64,000 nt of DNA from Octopus vulgaris (lineage: Eukaryota), in contig OX597833.1 of the NCBI GenBank assembly GCA_951406725.2, forward strand, positions 6,262,001 through 6,326,000, read 5' to 3'. The notes under the pieces are model-generated. The model was not told the origin of the DNA. It made no database searches and saw only the letters and a list, made by a program, of their open reading frames with translations. This document shows, in pieces, positions 39,318 to 52,549 of the stretch (positions within the stretch are counted from its first letter, which is position 1; every line of letters begins with the position of its first letter). Made by a program: the position numbers and the translations under genes.

Positions 39318-39838
39318 GCCGGTGGCACGTAACAAACACCATCCGAGTGTGGCCGTTAGCCAGCCTCGTCTGGCACCTGTGTCGATGGCACATAAAAAAA
39401 ACACCATCCGAGCATGGCCGTTCGCCAGCCTCGTTTGGCACCTGTGTCGGTGGCACATAAAAAAACACCATCCGAGCGTGGCCGTTCGCCAGCCTCGTCT
39501 GGCACCTGTGTCGGTGGCACATAAAAAACACCATCCGAGCGTGGCCGTTCGCCAGCCTCGTCTAGCACCTGTGTCGGTGGCACATAAAAAACACCATCCG
39601 AGCGTGGCCGTTCGGCAGCCCCGTCTGGCACCTGTGTCGGTGGCACATAAAAAGCACCCACTACACTCACGGAGTGGTTGGCGTTAGGAAGGGCATCCAG
39701 CCGTAGAAACTCTGCCAGATCAGATTGGAGCCTGGTGCAGCCTCCGGGCTTCCCAGACCCCAGTTGAACTGTCCAACCCATGCTAGCATGGAAAGCGGAC
39801 GTTAAACGACGATGATGATGATGATGATGATGATGATG
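39318..39838 (+). mobile_element. SINE family C with five tandem 63-65-bp 5' subunits
   Basis: CACCATCCGAG occurs at 39337, 39402, 39466, 39529 and 39592, followed by the family C core and (GAT)n tail. Confidence 0.9.
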
Positions 39839-40997
39839 TATTGTAAATCTTGTACAGCAATTGTCTGTAACATCAACCAGGATATTTCTGGATTCCTCTG
39901 CTTTTCTCTACCATTTTTACCTTCCATTCTATGATCATTTGCGTATATAATCGAGGCCATTTGTTATAAAACGAGGTGTGGTGTAGCTGTTGTTGATGAT
40001 GATGATGATGACGACAGGGATAGTGTTGATGATGATATTGGTAACGATGTTACTAATTACTGCAATGTTTTTCTTTTAGCTCCGTTGTTTATGTTGCAGA
40101 TATAAAACCATTTCCAGTTTGATGCTTCTTTTCGTATTTTTTTTTGGTTTTTTTTTTAGTTTTATTCTTTTTGTTATTTCCTTGTTTAGTTGTTTGATGC
40201 GGAGTTTCTATTTTGGTCGTGTGTGTGTGTGCGCGCTTGAGTATGAGTGAGTGCATGTTTGTATATGTATGCATATATGTGTGTGTGTGTGTGTGATAAG
40301 GTATGTTTATGGGTGTGTGGTAGTGAGGGTGGTGAAATTTTTGCGTGTGTGGTAGTGAGTGCACGAAGATGTGTTTATGTGTATGGCAACGGCGGCGTCA
40401 TGTTTACGGGTGTGTGTGGTTGCCCCCACCCCCCACCCCGTGAGCGCATAGTGGTATGCGGATAGCGAGAAAGTGCTTGTATGTGTTGTTGTTGTCGTTT
40501 ACCCCCATCCCCCCCCACCAGTTATAACACCCTGTCTTATTTCTCAATTGATATCCTATAAATATTTAGAGTAACCTCAATGTCAAGTGCACCCATCCCT
40601 TTTAAGTTGACTGGGTACTCTAAACCTCCTACCATGCTACCACTCTTCCCCTCCCCCTTTATCGCTCTTCCTCTCCCAACCCTTTCTTTCCAGCTATTCC
40701 AACCACCCTGCCAACCTCGCCATTCACCCCTCAGTTAGAAATGGCCCTCGTGTATATTTATGTATATATCTATATATGTGTTTCTTTGTGTCTTTGTTCG
40801 CCTACTATCACCGGTGTTGGTTTGTTTACACCCTCATAACTTAGCAGTTTGGCAAAAGGGGGGTGTTGAATAAGTACTGGAATCGATTCATTTCACTAAA
40901 ATTCTTCAAGACGATGCCCTTGCCACTGCCAAATGATGCATGCAAGTAAAAGACATAGATATAATTATATACACATACATACATACATACATGCATA

Positions 40998-41039
<42 letters not shown>

Positions 41040-41204
41040 TATAAATTTGTGTTGCCAGATTCTTGATGTGAAACCTTGTATTGAAATATTTATTGTTATA
41101 TTTCAGGATTCTCTTTTTTTTGGGGTTTTTTTTGCCAAATAAACATACGCACTATATATATTCATTCTTCACTCTTTTATTACTGTTCTTATTCCAACCC
41201 GTGT

Positions 41205-41254
41205 CCCTTGTCCGGAAATCTTTGGTCACACATCTGTGACCTCTTCAGCGACAC
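41205..41254 (-). ncRNA. Degenerate hammerhead-like motif
   Basis: Minus strand reads GTGTCG CTGAAGA GGTCACA-GATG-TGTGACC AAAGATTTC CGGAC. Stem II is a perfect 7 bp, but the G of GAAA is missing. Confidence 0.4.
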
Positions 41255-41754
41255 TTTCTGCCCTTGTGTATGCTCCTGCTCTGCTTAATCCATTCCGTTC
41301 TTCTATGATGTGTATCCTTGTATGCCTCCCTGGACAGATTTTTTCTGTGTTACAAGCCATTCTGTTGCCCACTTTCCACTTTTAAGTGCAGCAATTACCA
41401 ATAAGTCATTTCCTGGAATTCTGCCAAAAGACACAAGTTGTCAATAAACAGCTTGGAATTATTGCTTCATGTTAACCCATCTCTTGAAATACATTGTTTC
41501 AATGAATTTTGAAAATAACAAAGAATTTGGTAAAATACATTTATCATGAGTAAGATGGTATCTGAAGCATCAGTTAACATGGAATTTTGATAGAAATTGT
41601 TAATTTAGATCAGTTCAGGATAGGAAGTTTGTATAATAGAATCAAAAGGAGTCCCAGGGAGGTTCGTATCAAAAATTTCGAAAAAGAAAAAAAGAAGAAA
41701 AGTAATTTTCATGACTTTTGGAAGCCAAAGTGAAATTCTGCAATTTGTGTTATT

Positions 41755-42108
41755 CTTTTGTTTGTTTCGGTATTTTGACTGTGGCCATGTTGGAGCACCG
41801 CCTTTAGTTGAACAAATCAACCCCGGGACTTATTCTTCGTAAGCCTAGTACTTATTCTGTCGGTCACTTTTGCCGAACCGCTATGTTACGGGGATGTAAA
41901 CACACCAACATCAGTTGTCAAGCGATAGTGGGGGAGACAAACACACACACACACACACACACACATACACACATATAAGATGGCCTTCTTTCAGTTTCTG
42001 TCTACCAAATCCACTTACGAGGCTTTGGTTAGCCCAAGGCTATAGTAGTAGACACTTGCCCATGTGGTCGGTAAACAAGCTCCTTCACACACAGCCACTC
42101 CTGCGCCT
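41755..42108 (-). mobile_element. SINE family A
   Basis: Tail TTGTTTCGGTATTTTGACTGTGGCC to head CACACAGCCACTCCTGCGCC. Confidence 0.8.
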
Positions 42109-42118
42109 ATACACAAGG

Positions 42119-42162
<44 letters not shown>

Positions 42163-42388
42163 CATACACACACACACGCATGCACAAAGCTGGAGTTTAT
42201 GTATGAATATATAAATACAAATTTGTTATCAATTGAAATGTGCTTGAGGCATATTCAGACCTGTAAGGAAACCTTTCATAGAATTCTGTCATGGAGAAAA
42301 TGTCTTGCTGTAGACAAATACACAAAGTCAGATTACAGCACACCCTTATATATACATACATGTGTATATATATATATGTGTGTGTGTG

Positions 42389-42439
<51 letters not shown>

Positions 42440-42441
42440 GT

Positions 42442-42477
<36 letters not shown>

Positions 42478-42519
42478 GTATGTATATATAGATAGATAGA
42501 TATACATACATGTGTGTAT

Positions 42520-42704
42520 CTCTTTTACTTGTTTCAGTAATTTGACTGCGGCCATGCTGGAGCACCACATTTAGTCGAACAAATTTACCCCAGCATTTAT
42601 TCTTTGTAAGCCTAGTACTTATTCTGTCGGCCTCTTTTTGCCGAACTGTTAAGTTACGGGGATGTAAACAACACCAGCATCGGTTGTCAAGTGATGGTTG
42701 GGAC

Positions 42705-42751
<47 letters not shown>

Positions 42752-42894
42752 TACATATATGACAGGCTTCTTTCAGTTTCCATCATTGACCAGATCCACT
42801 CACAAGGCTTTGGTCTGCCCGAGGCTATAGTAGAAGACACTTGGCCAAGGTGCCAAGCAGTGGAACTGAAATCAGAACCGTGTGGTTGGGACGG

Positions 42895-42926
<32 letters not shown>

Positions 42927-43482
42927 ACACACACACATACATACATATATGACAGGCTTCTTTCAGTTTCCATCATTGACCAGATCCACTCACAAGGCTT
43001 TGGTCTGCCCGAGGCTATAGTAGAAGACACTTGGCCAAGGTGCCAAGCAGTGGAACTGAAATCAGAACCGTGTGGTTGGAAAGCAAACTTGTTACCACAT
43101 AGCCGTGCCTGTTCCTACACAATACACACACACACATATATATATATGTATGTATATGACAGGCTTCTTTCAGTTTCCGTCATTGACCAGATCCACTCAC
43201 AAGGCTTTGGTCTGCCTGAGGCTATAGTAGAAGACACTTGGCCAAGGTGCCACGCAGTGGAACTGAAATCAGAACTGTGGGGTTGGAAAGCAAACTTGTT
43301 ACCACATAGCTGTGCCTGTTCCTACACAATACACACACACACACATATATATGTATGTATATGACAGGCTTCTTTCAGTTTCTGTCATTGACCAGATCCA
43401 CTCACAAGGCTTTGGTCTGCCTGAGGCTATAGTAGAAGACTCTTGGCCAAGGTGCCACGCAGTGGGACTGAACCTGGAACCA
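42520..43482 (-). mobile_element. SINE family A with fourfold local tandem amplification of its 5' half
   Basis: GACAGGCTTCTTTCAGTTT..CATTGACCAGATCCACTCACAAGG occurs at 42761, 42951, 43158 and 43363; a single 3' half lies at 42520-42710. Confidence 0.85.
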
Positions 43483-43889
43483 TGTATAAATAAAACTCTT
43501 AGATGCACATGAACGTCGGTTGTATAATTTTAGTTTATCAACAACGAGAGATAATTAATCTCTGAGACTGCGCAATATGGAATGTGTAGTAATATGAATT
43601 TATGTCTGTGTAAATTATATAATGTGTGTGTGTGTGTGTGTTTAGCATCTCCATCCTGCGTTCTCCCACTCCGGTTATAAAGCCATTTCTTGTGCATCTC
43701 TTTACCGTTTTCCTTTCTAAACTCCTCCTCCTCCTTCTCCATCCACTTTTTTCTTTTTTCTTTTACCGTTCCGTTGCCATCGCACTTCAGAATGTTGGCT
43801 GAACCTCAACAAGGCGTTTGGCGAGGCGCATGTGGCTCCGAGGCTGCGTGAAGGTGCAAGCAAGGCACGATGGCACCTGATAGTGAACA

Positions 43890-43928
<39 letters not shown>

Positions 43929-44419
43929 CAAATCTCTGCCGGATTTCTTACGAAGAACCATAGAAACGGTTTGCTGGCCGGCTGGCTGGCTGGCTGGTGG
44001 TGGGTTGACTGGGGTGGGGTGGTGGGAGATGCAGGACCAAATAAGGAACCTTCCAGACCAGACCTCTAAACGCTTCCACACATACTTGTTGTTGTTGTTG
44101 TTGTTTACAGCAAAATATTTTGGTATATTTCCAACAAGTTCTCACATTCAATGCTTGCAGTTTGCTTGTTTGTTTGTAGTTTTTTTTTTTGGGGGGGGGC
44201 TTTTATTTGTTGTTTTTTTTTGAGGGGTTATTTTCTTTTGTTTTTGTTTTTTTCCAGTTTAAATTATGAATGGTTTTCTTGTGAAAAAATGAAAGCCACA
44301 CAACCTCTTCCTTTTCTTTTTCCCTTCTGACATATTTCATCTTCTCCAGTTTAACATTTAACATTCCTCCCCATTGCTTTACACACACTCCCTCCTCTCT
44401 CTGACTCCTTTTTATATAT

Positions 44420-44766
<347 letters not shown>

Positions 44767-45380
44767 ATTAGCTTGATTTACAAGACAAACCAATACTAAA
44801 CAGCCATATAGACATGATAGATAATTCAACTCGGTCCAGATTGCTTGGTCTGAGATGAGATTAATTAGCGTTAACGAGAGGCTGACCTGAAATAATCTAC
44901 TGATAATCCTAAATCAAAACAAGTGCGTATATGTCTGTGTCTATCTATGTGTGAGTACATGTGAGTGTGTGAATGCGTGTGTGTATGTGTGTGAGAGAGA
45001 GATGCAAATAAACCTTTCCCCCTTCCCCTCCCTCAACTGTTCCCACTCTTGAGATGGTGGTGGTGGTGGCGGTGATGGTTTTCCTTTTTCTAATCTCTGT
45101 TGATATTCCTGTTTCAGTGAAACGTTGTGTGGGAGAGAGAGAGAGTGTGTTTGTGTGTGAGAGGTCAGTACCACTATAGCCCTTTGTTGTTCTGGGGTAA
45201 CTCGGAGTATTGGTTAAATTAAAAGGGTCACATACCATGTTATTAAAAAAATTCTTCATTGAAGTTTTCACACTTATTTTGAGAAAACAAAACAAAAAGA
45301 AAACGGTCGGTAGCAAATTAATGAGTCTAAAAAGGGGACAGGGGACAAGGTCCTTTTCCTATGTCAGCAGGTTTTGTTAA

Positions 45381-45578
45381 CCCTTTAGCATTTAATCTGG
45401 TCATGTCAGACCCAATTATTTCACCTGTTTTATGTCCAAACAGGCTGGATCCAATCTCTCACACCTACCCTACAATGTCATTCTGAAAAATAAACAATTA
45501 CATCACCAAAATCTCAAAGCTATGGGATAATCCAGGATTAGTTCAAAACTATGAATAGATAATCCGAATGCTGGAGGG
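45381..45578. mobile_element. Second TTAA-type MITE family (CCCTTTAGCATT...AATGCT..AGGG)
   Basis: TTAA on both sides (45377-45380, 45579-45582). A related copy lies at about 4953-5175. Confidence 0.7.
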
Positions 45579-46230
45579 TTAAATTATATCAAGGGCCTTC
45601 AAATTAGAGCGTGTGAGAGAGATTTCTGCAACCCATTTGTTACCTTTCTGTATGTCAGGGTATGCAGTATGGCCCTTAACTAAGCAGGAGTGAGATGCAT
45701 TTGGAGTATTAGAACTATGGGGTTTCCCCCAAAATGTCCTGTGGGTCATGGACCTGCAGAACTGACCTGCTGTTACACCACTACCCACACTGTCACCACA
45801 AGAATTAAATACCAATTAGAGATGAGAATATAGAAAATCCTTGAGACTAAACTGAAGACACCACCACCACCACCACCACTACCACTACCACCACCACCAC
45901 TACCACTACCACCACTACCACCACCACCACCACCACCAGAGTCACTGTTTGTGCTACCAATCAATATTCCCCACCACCCCAAGTCACTGATGTGACTCAA
46001 CATATTATAGAAATATCAATACAGATTAGGACAGAAGAACCAACAAAAATACCACACTTGTATGATGCAATACTGACTTATTTATATGTGTGTGTGTGTC
46101 TGTGTGTGGGTGGGAGGGTGTATGTGTATATGATGGTGTCTCTTTATGAGAGAGAGAGAGAGAGAGAGTGTCCATATGTATATATGTGTATATATTAGGG
46201 GTATTTGTATCTATGCTTGTGTGTGTATAC

Positions 46231-46647
46231 CTATTTCTTTACTACCCACAAGGGTCTAAACACAGAGAGGACAAACAAGGACAGACAAAGGGATTAAGTC
46301 GATTATATCGACCCCAGTGTGTAACTGGTACTTAATTTATCGACCCCGAAAGGAAGAAAGGCAAAGTCGACCGCGGCGGAATTTGAACTCAGAACGTAGC
46401 GGCAGACGAAATACCTATTTCTTTACTACCCTCAAGGGGCTAAACACAGAGAGGACAAACAAGGACAGACAAACGGATTAAGTCGATTACATCGACCCCA
46501 GTGCGTAACTGGTACTTAATTTATCGACCCCGAAAGGATGAAAGGCAAAGTCAACCTCGGCCGAATTTGAACTCAGAACATAGCGGCAGACGAAATGCCG
46601 CTAAGCATTTCGCCCGGCGCGCTAACGTTTCTGCCAGCTCACTGCCG
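46231..46647 (-). mobile_element. SINE family B dimer
   Basis: Head near 46646 and two bodies; flanked by TGTGTGTGTATAC at 46218-46230 and 46648-46660. Confidence 0.85.
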
Positions 46648-47026
46648 TGTGTGTGTATACACCCCCACACACATGGTTAGTCTATATTAGTCTATAAGGA
46701 GCATAGGGCCAGTTTCCCTGTCTCTCTGACATATACCGTATTTTAACGTGTATAAGGAACCCTTTTTTGTCAAAAAGTAGGCTAAAAAAATATGGGAGTT
46801 TCTTATACATGGATTGTATTATAATCCCTTTCAAAACCTACAACACTCATGGAGTGGTTGGCATTAAGAAAGGCATCCAGCTGTAGAAACACTACCAGAT
46901 CAGACTGGAGCTTGATGCAGCCTCCTGGTTTCCCAGACCCCAGTCAAACCTATTTCTTTACTACCCACAAGGGGCTAAACACAGAGGGGACAAACAAAGA
47001 CAGACAAACGGATTAAGTTGATTACA

Positions 47027-47211
47027 GGTTATGATTGTGTCTTTTAGCTCATTAATGGTTTTCGGGTGATTCTTGTACACAGATCCTTTACTTGCTCCCC
47101 TGGAAAAAAAGTCTGGCAGTGTTAAATCAGGTGATCTTTGTGAACAAAGTCCCTTTGAAATAACCTGTTCACCGAAAATTTCACTGATGAAGAGACTTTT
47201 TGAACACACTG
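47027..47211 (-). mobile_element. Internally deleted Tc1/mariner element: TIR joined to transposase C-terminal fragment
   Basis: Minus strand begins TA|CAGTGTGTTCAAAAAG, then encodes SQRSPDLTLPDFFSRGASKGSVYKNHPKTINELK (SPDL.P.DF motif). Cut by a SINE at about 47026. Confidence 0.7.
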
Positions 47212-47212
47212 T

Positions 47213-47390
<178 letters not shown>

Positions 47391-48053
47391 ACACACGCAC
47401 ACAGTGATAAGTGAAGAACGAAGTGGTTGGTGTTGCATGGATTCCTTGATTCCATGGTTCACAGTTGTTTTAACATGGAGACAACAAATCAAACGATTTG
47501 CATGTAGACATGGATGAGGACAGTGACATACTCATGTCCACTACACACCCACACACCCACATGCATGTGTGTGTGTATGTGTGTGTGTTTTAATCTTTAT
47601 ACAGATCTGATGGCTGACTTAACCAATCGATGCGTGTATTGAACCATCAGCTTATGACTCAGCTGTGCAGTCTACCTGGCCGGAAGTAGGCACCACAGGT
47701 GTAAATGATGGTTGGATGCTGCATCTACTTCACAGTAGTCAGTAACACCGAACGACTGACACTTAAACACTTCCTCCTCTTCCTCCTCTTCAAACTCCTT
47801 CTTGTCGTGCACCGCTGCATCTTGTCTTGCAGTGTTGATGCAGTGTGAAATGGTTTGATTCCATTGTATATACCTTGCCATTCATTTATCTCTATCGACC
47901 GACCCAGAAAGGGCTGACAGGACCAGGTTGACCTGGCCAGGATCTCACCTTGGGGCAGCCCTAAGGCCTTCTCTCCTATGATTTCCCAATTCCACCCATT
48001 GAGCTGCCTTGCTTGCTTCTGAACACTTCACACTCTGATATGTCACATGGAAC

Positions 48054-48343
48054 TAGTTAGTTAGTTAATTTTTGGGCTCAAAAAGCAAAAAGCAAGGCCA
48101 TGTAGGGGGACATGGAGTTATGTACAGGGTGGTGTTCATGTAAAGAGTTCAGGCCATTTGTGGTCAAGGGAGACCTTGAACCGAGCGGTCGTCGGCATCT
48201 TCAATATCTCGTCTGGCAGCTTATTCCATGGATCCGCAACCCGGACGGAGAAAGCCCCTCTCCTTCGATTGAGATGAAATCGTCGCAGATAGAGTTTTTC
48301 GGAGTGACCCCGCAGTCGATGCTCTGGAGCAGGAGTGAAGAAC
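48054..48343 (-). mobile_element. 5'-truncated CR1-clade LINE: ORF2 C-terminus, 3' UTR and (TAAC)n tail
   Basis: Uninterrupted frame FFTPAPEHRLRGHSEKLYLRRFHLNRRRGAFSVRVADPWNKLPDEILKMPTTARFKVSLDHKWPELFT* (stop 48136-48138) matches RGH..KL...FS.RV...WN.LP...FK..LD. Confidence 0.85.
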
Positions 48344-49110
48344 TTGTAGGGGGAGCTGCTGTGTATCTTGTTCTACTCTCGTCACAAGGCCCGAAATTTT
48401 TGGGCAGTGGGCTGTTGATTAGATTGACCCCAGTATGCAACTGCTACTTAGTTTATCGACCCCGAAAGGATGAAGGGCAAAGTTGACCTTGGCGGAATTT
48501 GAACTCCAGGTTGCTGTGTATCAATAAGGGATGTGTTGCACTGATTCCCCCTCTCTCTCTCTGTATGTGTGTGTGTATATATATTGTAGTGGTAGTAGTA
48601 GCAGTAGTAGTATTGGTTGTAGTTGTGGTGTCGTTTATTATTGTGTTGGTGTAATACAACTAGTACCACCATAGTGGTACTTGTTGTAGTGGTTGTAGTG
48701 GTGGTCATTGTGATGGCCATCACCGTAGACATATTATCGGTTGTAGCAGGAGTGGTGACCAGGAAGATATAAACAACCTATTTCTTATACATAAAGAGCA
48801 GCAGTGGCAACAGTAGCAGCCACACAAGTTATACTGACATCATCATCATCATCATCAACAGCAACAGCTGGGTGATGATGCCTCACTAATCAGCTTAATT
48901 AATTAATCTGTTGTTGTTGTTGTAGTACTGTTATTTACAGCTGTTACCAGTCTACTTCTTCCAGGATGTATTACAATGCATGTCCTGTACTGGGTTGAAC
49001 ACCACTACATCACTTTGATATGTTTATTGTTACGAATACAGCAAATGGTGGCAGTGGTGGTCGTGGTGGGATTGTTTACGTGAAGTGTGGCAGAAAGAGT
49101 ACATAGAAGT

Positions 49111-49401
49111 ATGAAAAGGACCTTAGTATATCACTGGTATTTGGGTAAAAAAAAAAAGGTGCTGGTAGTAGTGGGTATTGGTTAGAGAAACGGACCCCAG
49201 TATATAGTTGGTATTCTGGGAAGAGGGTGGGTATTGCTCTGCTGGGCCCTAGTATACAACTCGTATTTAGGTAAGAAGGTAGCTACTTGGACCTTGGTAT
49301 ACAGATGGTATTTAGGTAGGAGGGAAGGTATTGGTCAGTAGACTTGGCCCCATTATATAACTGGTATTAAGGTAAGGTTGGCTATTGGTCCACTGGGCCA
49401 A
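49111..49401. repeat. Left arm of 290-bp inverted duplication (internally repetitive)
   Basis: Collinear reverse complement of 54464-54753; built from about 45-65-bp GGACCCCAGTATA.A.CTGGTATTT subunits. Confidence 0.9.
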
Positions 49402-51766
49402 AGTATTTAGGTAAGAGGACCTGTACTTGGACCCCAGTACATAGCTGGTATTTAATTGATGTTTTCAAAGAGCAGGGATGACAAAGGCCCTCGTTAAGAT
49501 TTGCCTAGATTTCAAGTCATTAATTAAGATATTTGTTTTAGAGGTGTTAACGATGCCACCATCACCACCACTACCACCACCACCACCACCATCACCATCA
49601 TCACCACCATCACCACCACTGCTACTGCTGTGGTTGTTGTTCATACCATTCTCTGCTATTACAACTGCCACCACAACCAATGCTGCTGCTGCTGCTGCTG
49701 CTACTACTTCAGTGTTTTGTTAGTTTCCACTGGAGAACGATCAGTTTCCTGATTTGTCTCCCCCTCCTCTCCCCTCTCCCCATGCAGTTGAGTAATGTGA
49801 TCTTCCTCTAACGTGTGTGTGTGTGTGTGTGTGTATTTAGGTGTGTATATAGCCAATGTTTTGATGTTTATATATAGAAAATTGTTTTTACACACCACAC
49901 CAATCTTAAGTGGTGTTATTTAATAGATGGCCTATATAGCAGTGTTTATGGTTGAGTGGCACATATGTATATTTACACACACACACACACACGCACGCAC
50001 ACACACACACACATTTGCATATCTATCTATATTATTGGCTTGGTGTGTGTGTGTGTGTGTGCATATCATTCTCGTCTTTGTTTTAGCTCCACTTTCTATG
50101 CAGGAATGACTGCGATTAAAGAACGTTGCTCTCCCAGGGTCTTAATTTTGACCCCAGTTCCACTGCAGGGCACTGTGGCTGAATATCCTCTGCTATAACT
50201 CTGGGCCTAACCAAATTTCCTCGTCACTGGATTTGGTAGATAGAAATAGAAAGATGGTTCTTCAATGTGTGTGTGTGTCTGTCTGTTTGTCATTTCGTCT
50301 GATTGTGCCTTGTGGTCATGTCTTTCTGTCCACTTCTGTTGTAAGTGACCACTTGACTACATTTGTTTAGAATCCGCATTCTATTAACATGGGTTGGATG
50401 GGTTTGTAATACACCATCCTTCTTCCTCTTTCTTGAGCACATATTACCACATGAGCCTTGAGATCTTTTGACCAAAGTCAAAATCCTCAAGTTTGATGGA
50501 AACAAGCATGGCCAGTGTCAATTTAATAAGCTTGAGTCATCCCCCCCCCCTCTGCCATGGGTCTGTCTTGCCTCTAACTCACAGACATAGTTGTGTGCCA
50601 TTAAGAAGTTTGATTCTTAAGCACACGCAATTTCAGGTTTTGTCCCACTGTGTGTCACCTTGAGCAGGTCTTTCATTCTATTTTCAAGTTGACCAATGCC
50701 TGAATGACATTAGGTAGAAATATGATGTGTGGAAACTATGGCAGCCGATTGTGTGTTTGTGTGCAAGGAAAAGTGACTTCCGAGTTTTACTAAGAAAAAA
50801 AACTTCTGAGTCACTGTCAGTCTTTGCCTAGTAAAAATAAATCTATTTTTCAGAAAAGTATTCAATGATCTTTCAATTAGTGTTTGTTGATGTTTGAGTG
50901 TTTCTTTTGTTATAATTTATAATTATACATAGAAACAAAAAGTGTGTGTGTGTGTGTATACACACACACACACATATATAAGTTCAGTTAAAATTTAGAT
51001 TCAGTTGAGTATGCATTACCTCTGGATATCCTTGTTACTTATTTTGATAACCATGTGTATATACTGTTGTGTCTGTGTATGTATATATACTGCCAGTAGT
51101 AATAGCTCATGTAATATTGTGGAATAGAAATCCTTAGTAGTTGGAAAACAAGTTAGCAACCTTTTCTGGCCGTGGAATGTTGCCTTGATTAGTCTCGTTC
51201 AACCCATTTCAGCACAATAAAACCAGACATAAAAACAACAACAACAACAGTAAACACAGATGTGTGTTGTGTGATGCAGAAAACATTCTATGGATTCTTG
51301 GAGAGATCCGTTCTTTTGTTCTTGTTCTCAGAATTGGTGGCGCTTTTTGGTTGGAAAGTCATTTCCCTTTGTTCTCATAAAAGTTAAACATCAATGGTTT
51401 GGGAGAGAAAAAAATTCAATGAATTTTAGCAGAAAAATAACCATTTGTGCCAGATTAAATTAATTTGTCCCACGAGGGTAACAAAGCAGAAACATTGGAT
51501 TATAAATGGAATATGGTTTTTGAGAAAAGTAAAGAATAATTCTTGGAATTTGGCTGTAAATGTAACCCTGTTGGGAAATAGCTATTTAGGGATTCAGTTT
51601 AGGAAGTAAACCATTCCAGAAGAAAGGGTCTGGGGAATTGGTTTATGAACTCTTCCAAAGAAATATATGAATGTTATCAGATTTTTGTTGGGAATTCAGA
51701 AAAAGTTCAATGAATTTTTGTGAATTTAAATGAGGTCTGTTATTGTGAAACTATGTTTGTGTGTGT

Positions 51767-51805
<39 letters not shown>

Positions 51806-52549
51806 TGCATGCATGTGTGTATGTGTGTGTGGGAGTATGTGTGTGTGTGTGTAGGAGTATGTGTGTGTGTGGGGGGAGTATTGTGTGTGTGTGAATGTGC
51901 ATGTGTGTGTGTGTGCATGTGTGTGTGCATGCATGTATGTGTGTGAGAGTATGTGTGCGTGTGTGTGTGTATGAGTGCATGCGTGTGTGTGTGTGTGTAC
52001 ACACTGTACTGACCAGTTCTTGGCTCACTTCCGCCCTGACTAAAACTTCAAGTATTTTAATTAAACTAATTACACCAACCGAAATCTTAAATTGATGGTT
52101 ATGTGGAACAACACATTGAGAACTGGTTGTCCCGGTTGCACTGGCCTGCAATGCTGTGCAATTGTGCATCACCGTAGTGCAACAGACTATAACTTGTCAT
52201 GTCTGCTGCATGCTGTCTGTGTTGAAGAGAAAGCTAAAATATCAGTTTTTAAATTAACGAGGGAACCAGCAATTAAGGATGGTCCTCTGCAGCGTGTGTC
52301 CTATTTCAGTGTTGTGTTGATGTGAGGTAATTATGTCACTGGATAGGATGCTGTCCTATCAGCACATGCGCAGTGAGTTAACCATCTCGACTTACACAAA
52401 ACACTTGTGGGTATGAATTGATGCCCTGTAAGTTAACCCTCTCAGGTGTGGCCCTTATGGGGAAGAATGGAAAAAATAAAAAAAGAGAAAGAAAAAAAGC
52501 AGCATTGTACATAGAGATGATGGAGATTGCAAAATGGGGGAAGTTAACT

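Noticed and set aside
39318-39660. Regular repeats resembling a CRISPR array
   Set aside because: No unique spacers, no cas genes, eukaryotic context; part of a SINE.
47672-47881. Minus-strand ORF with a poly-E run and a CAG|GTAGA donor-like site
   Set aside because: Poly-E comes from a short (TCC)n repeat; no acceptor or homology.
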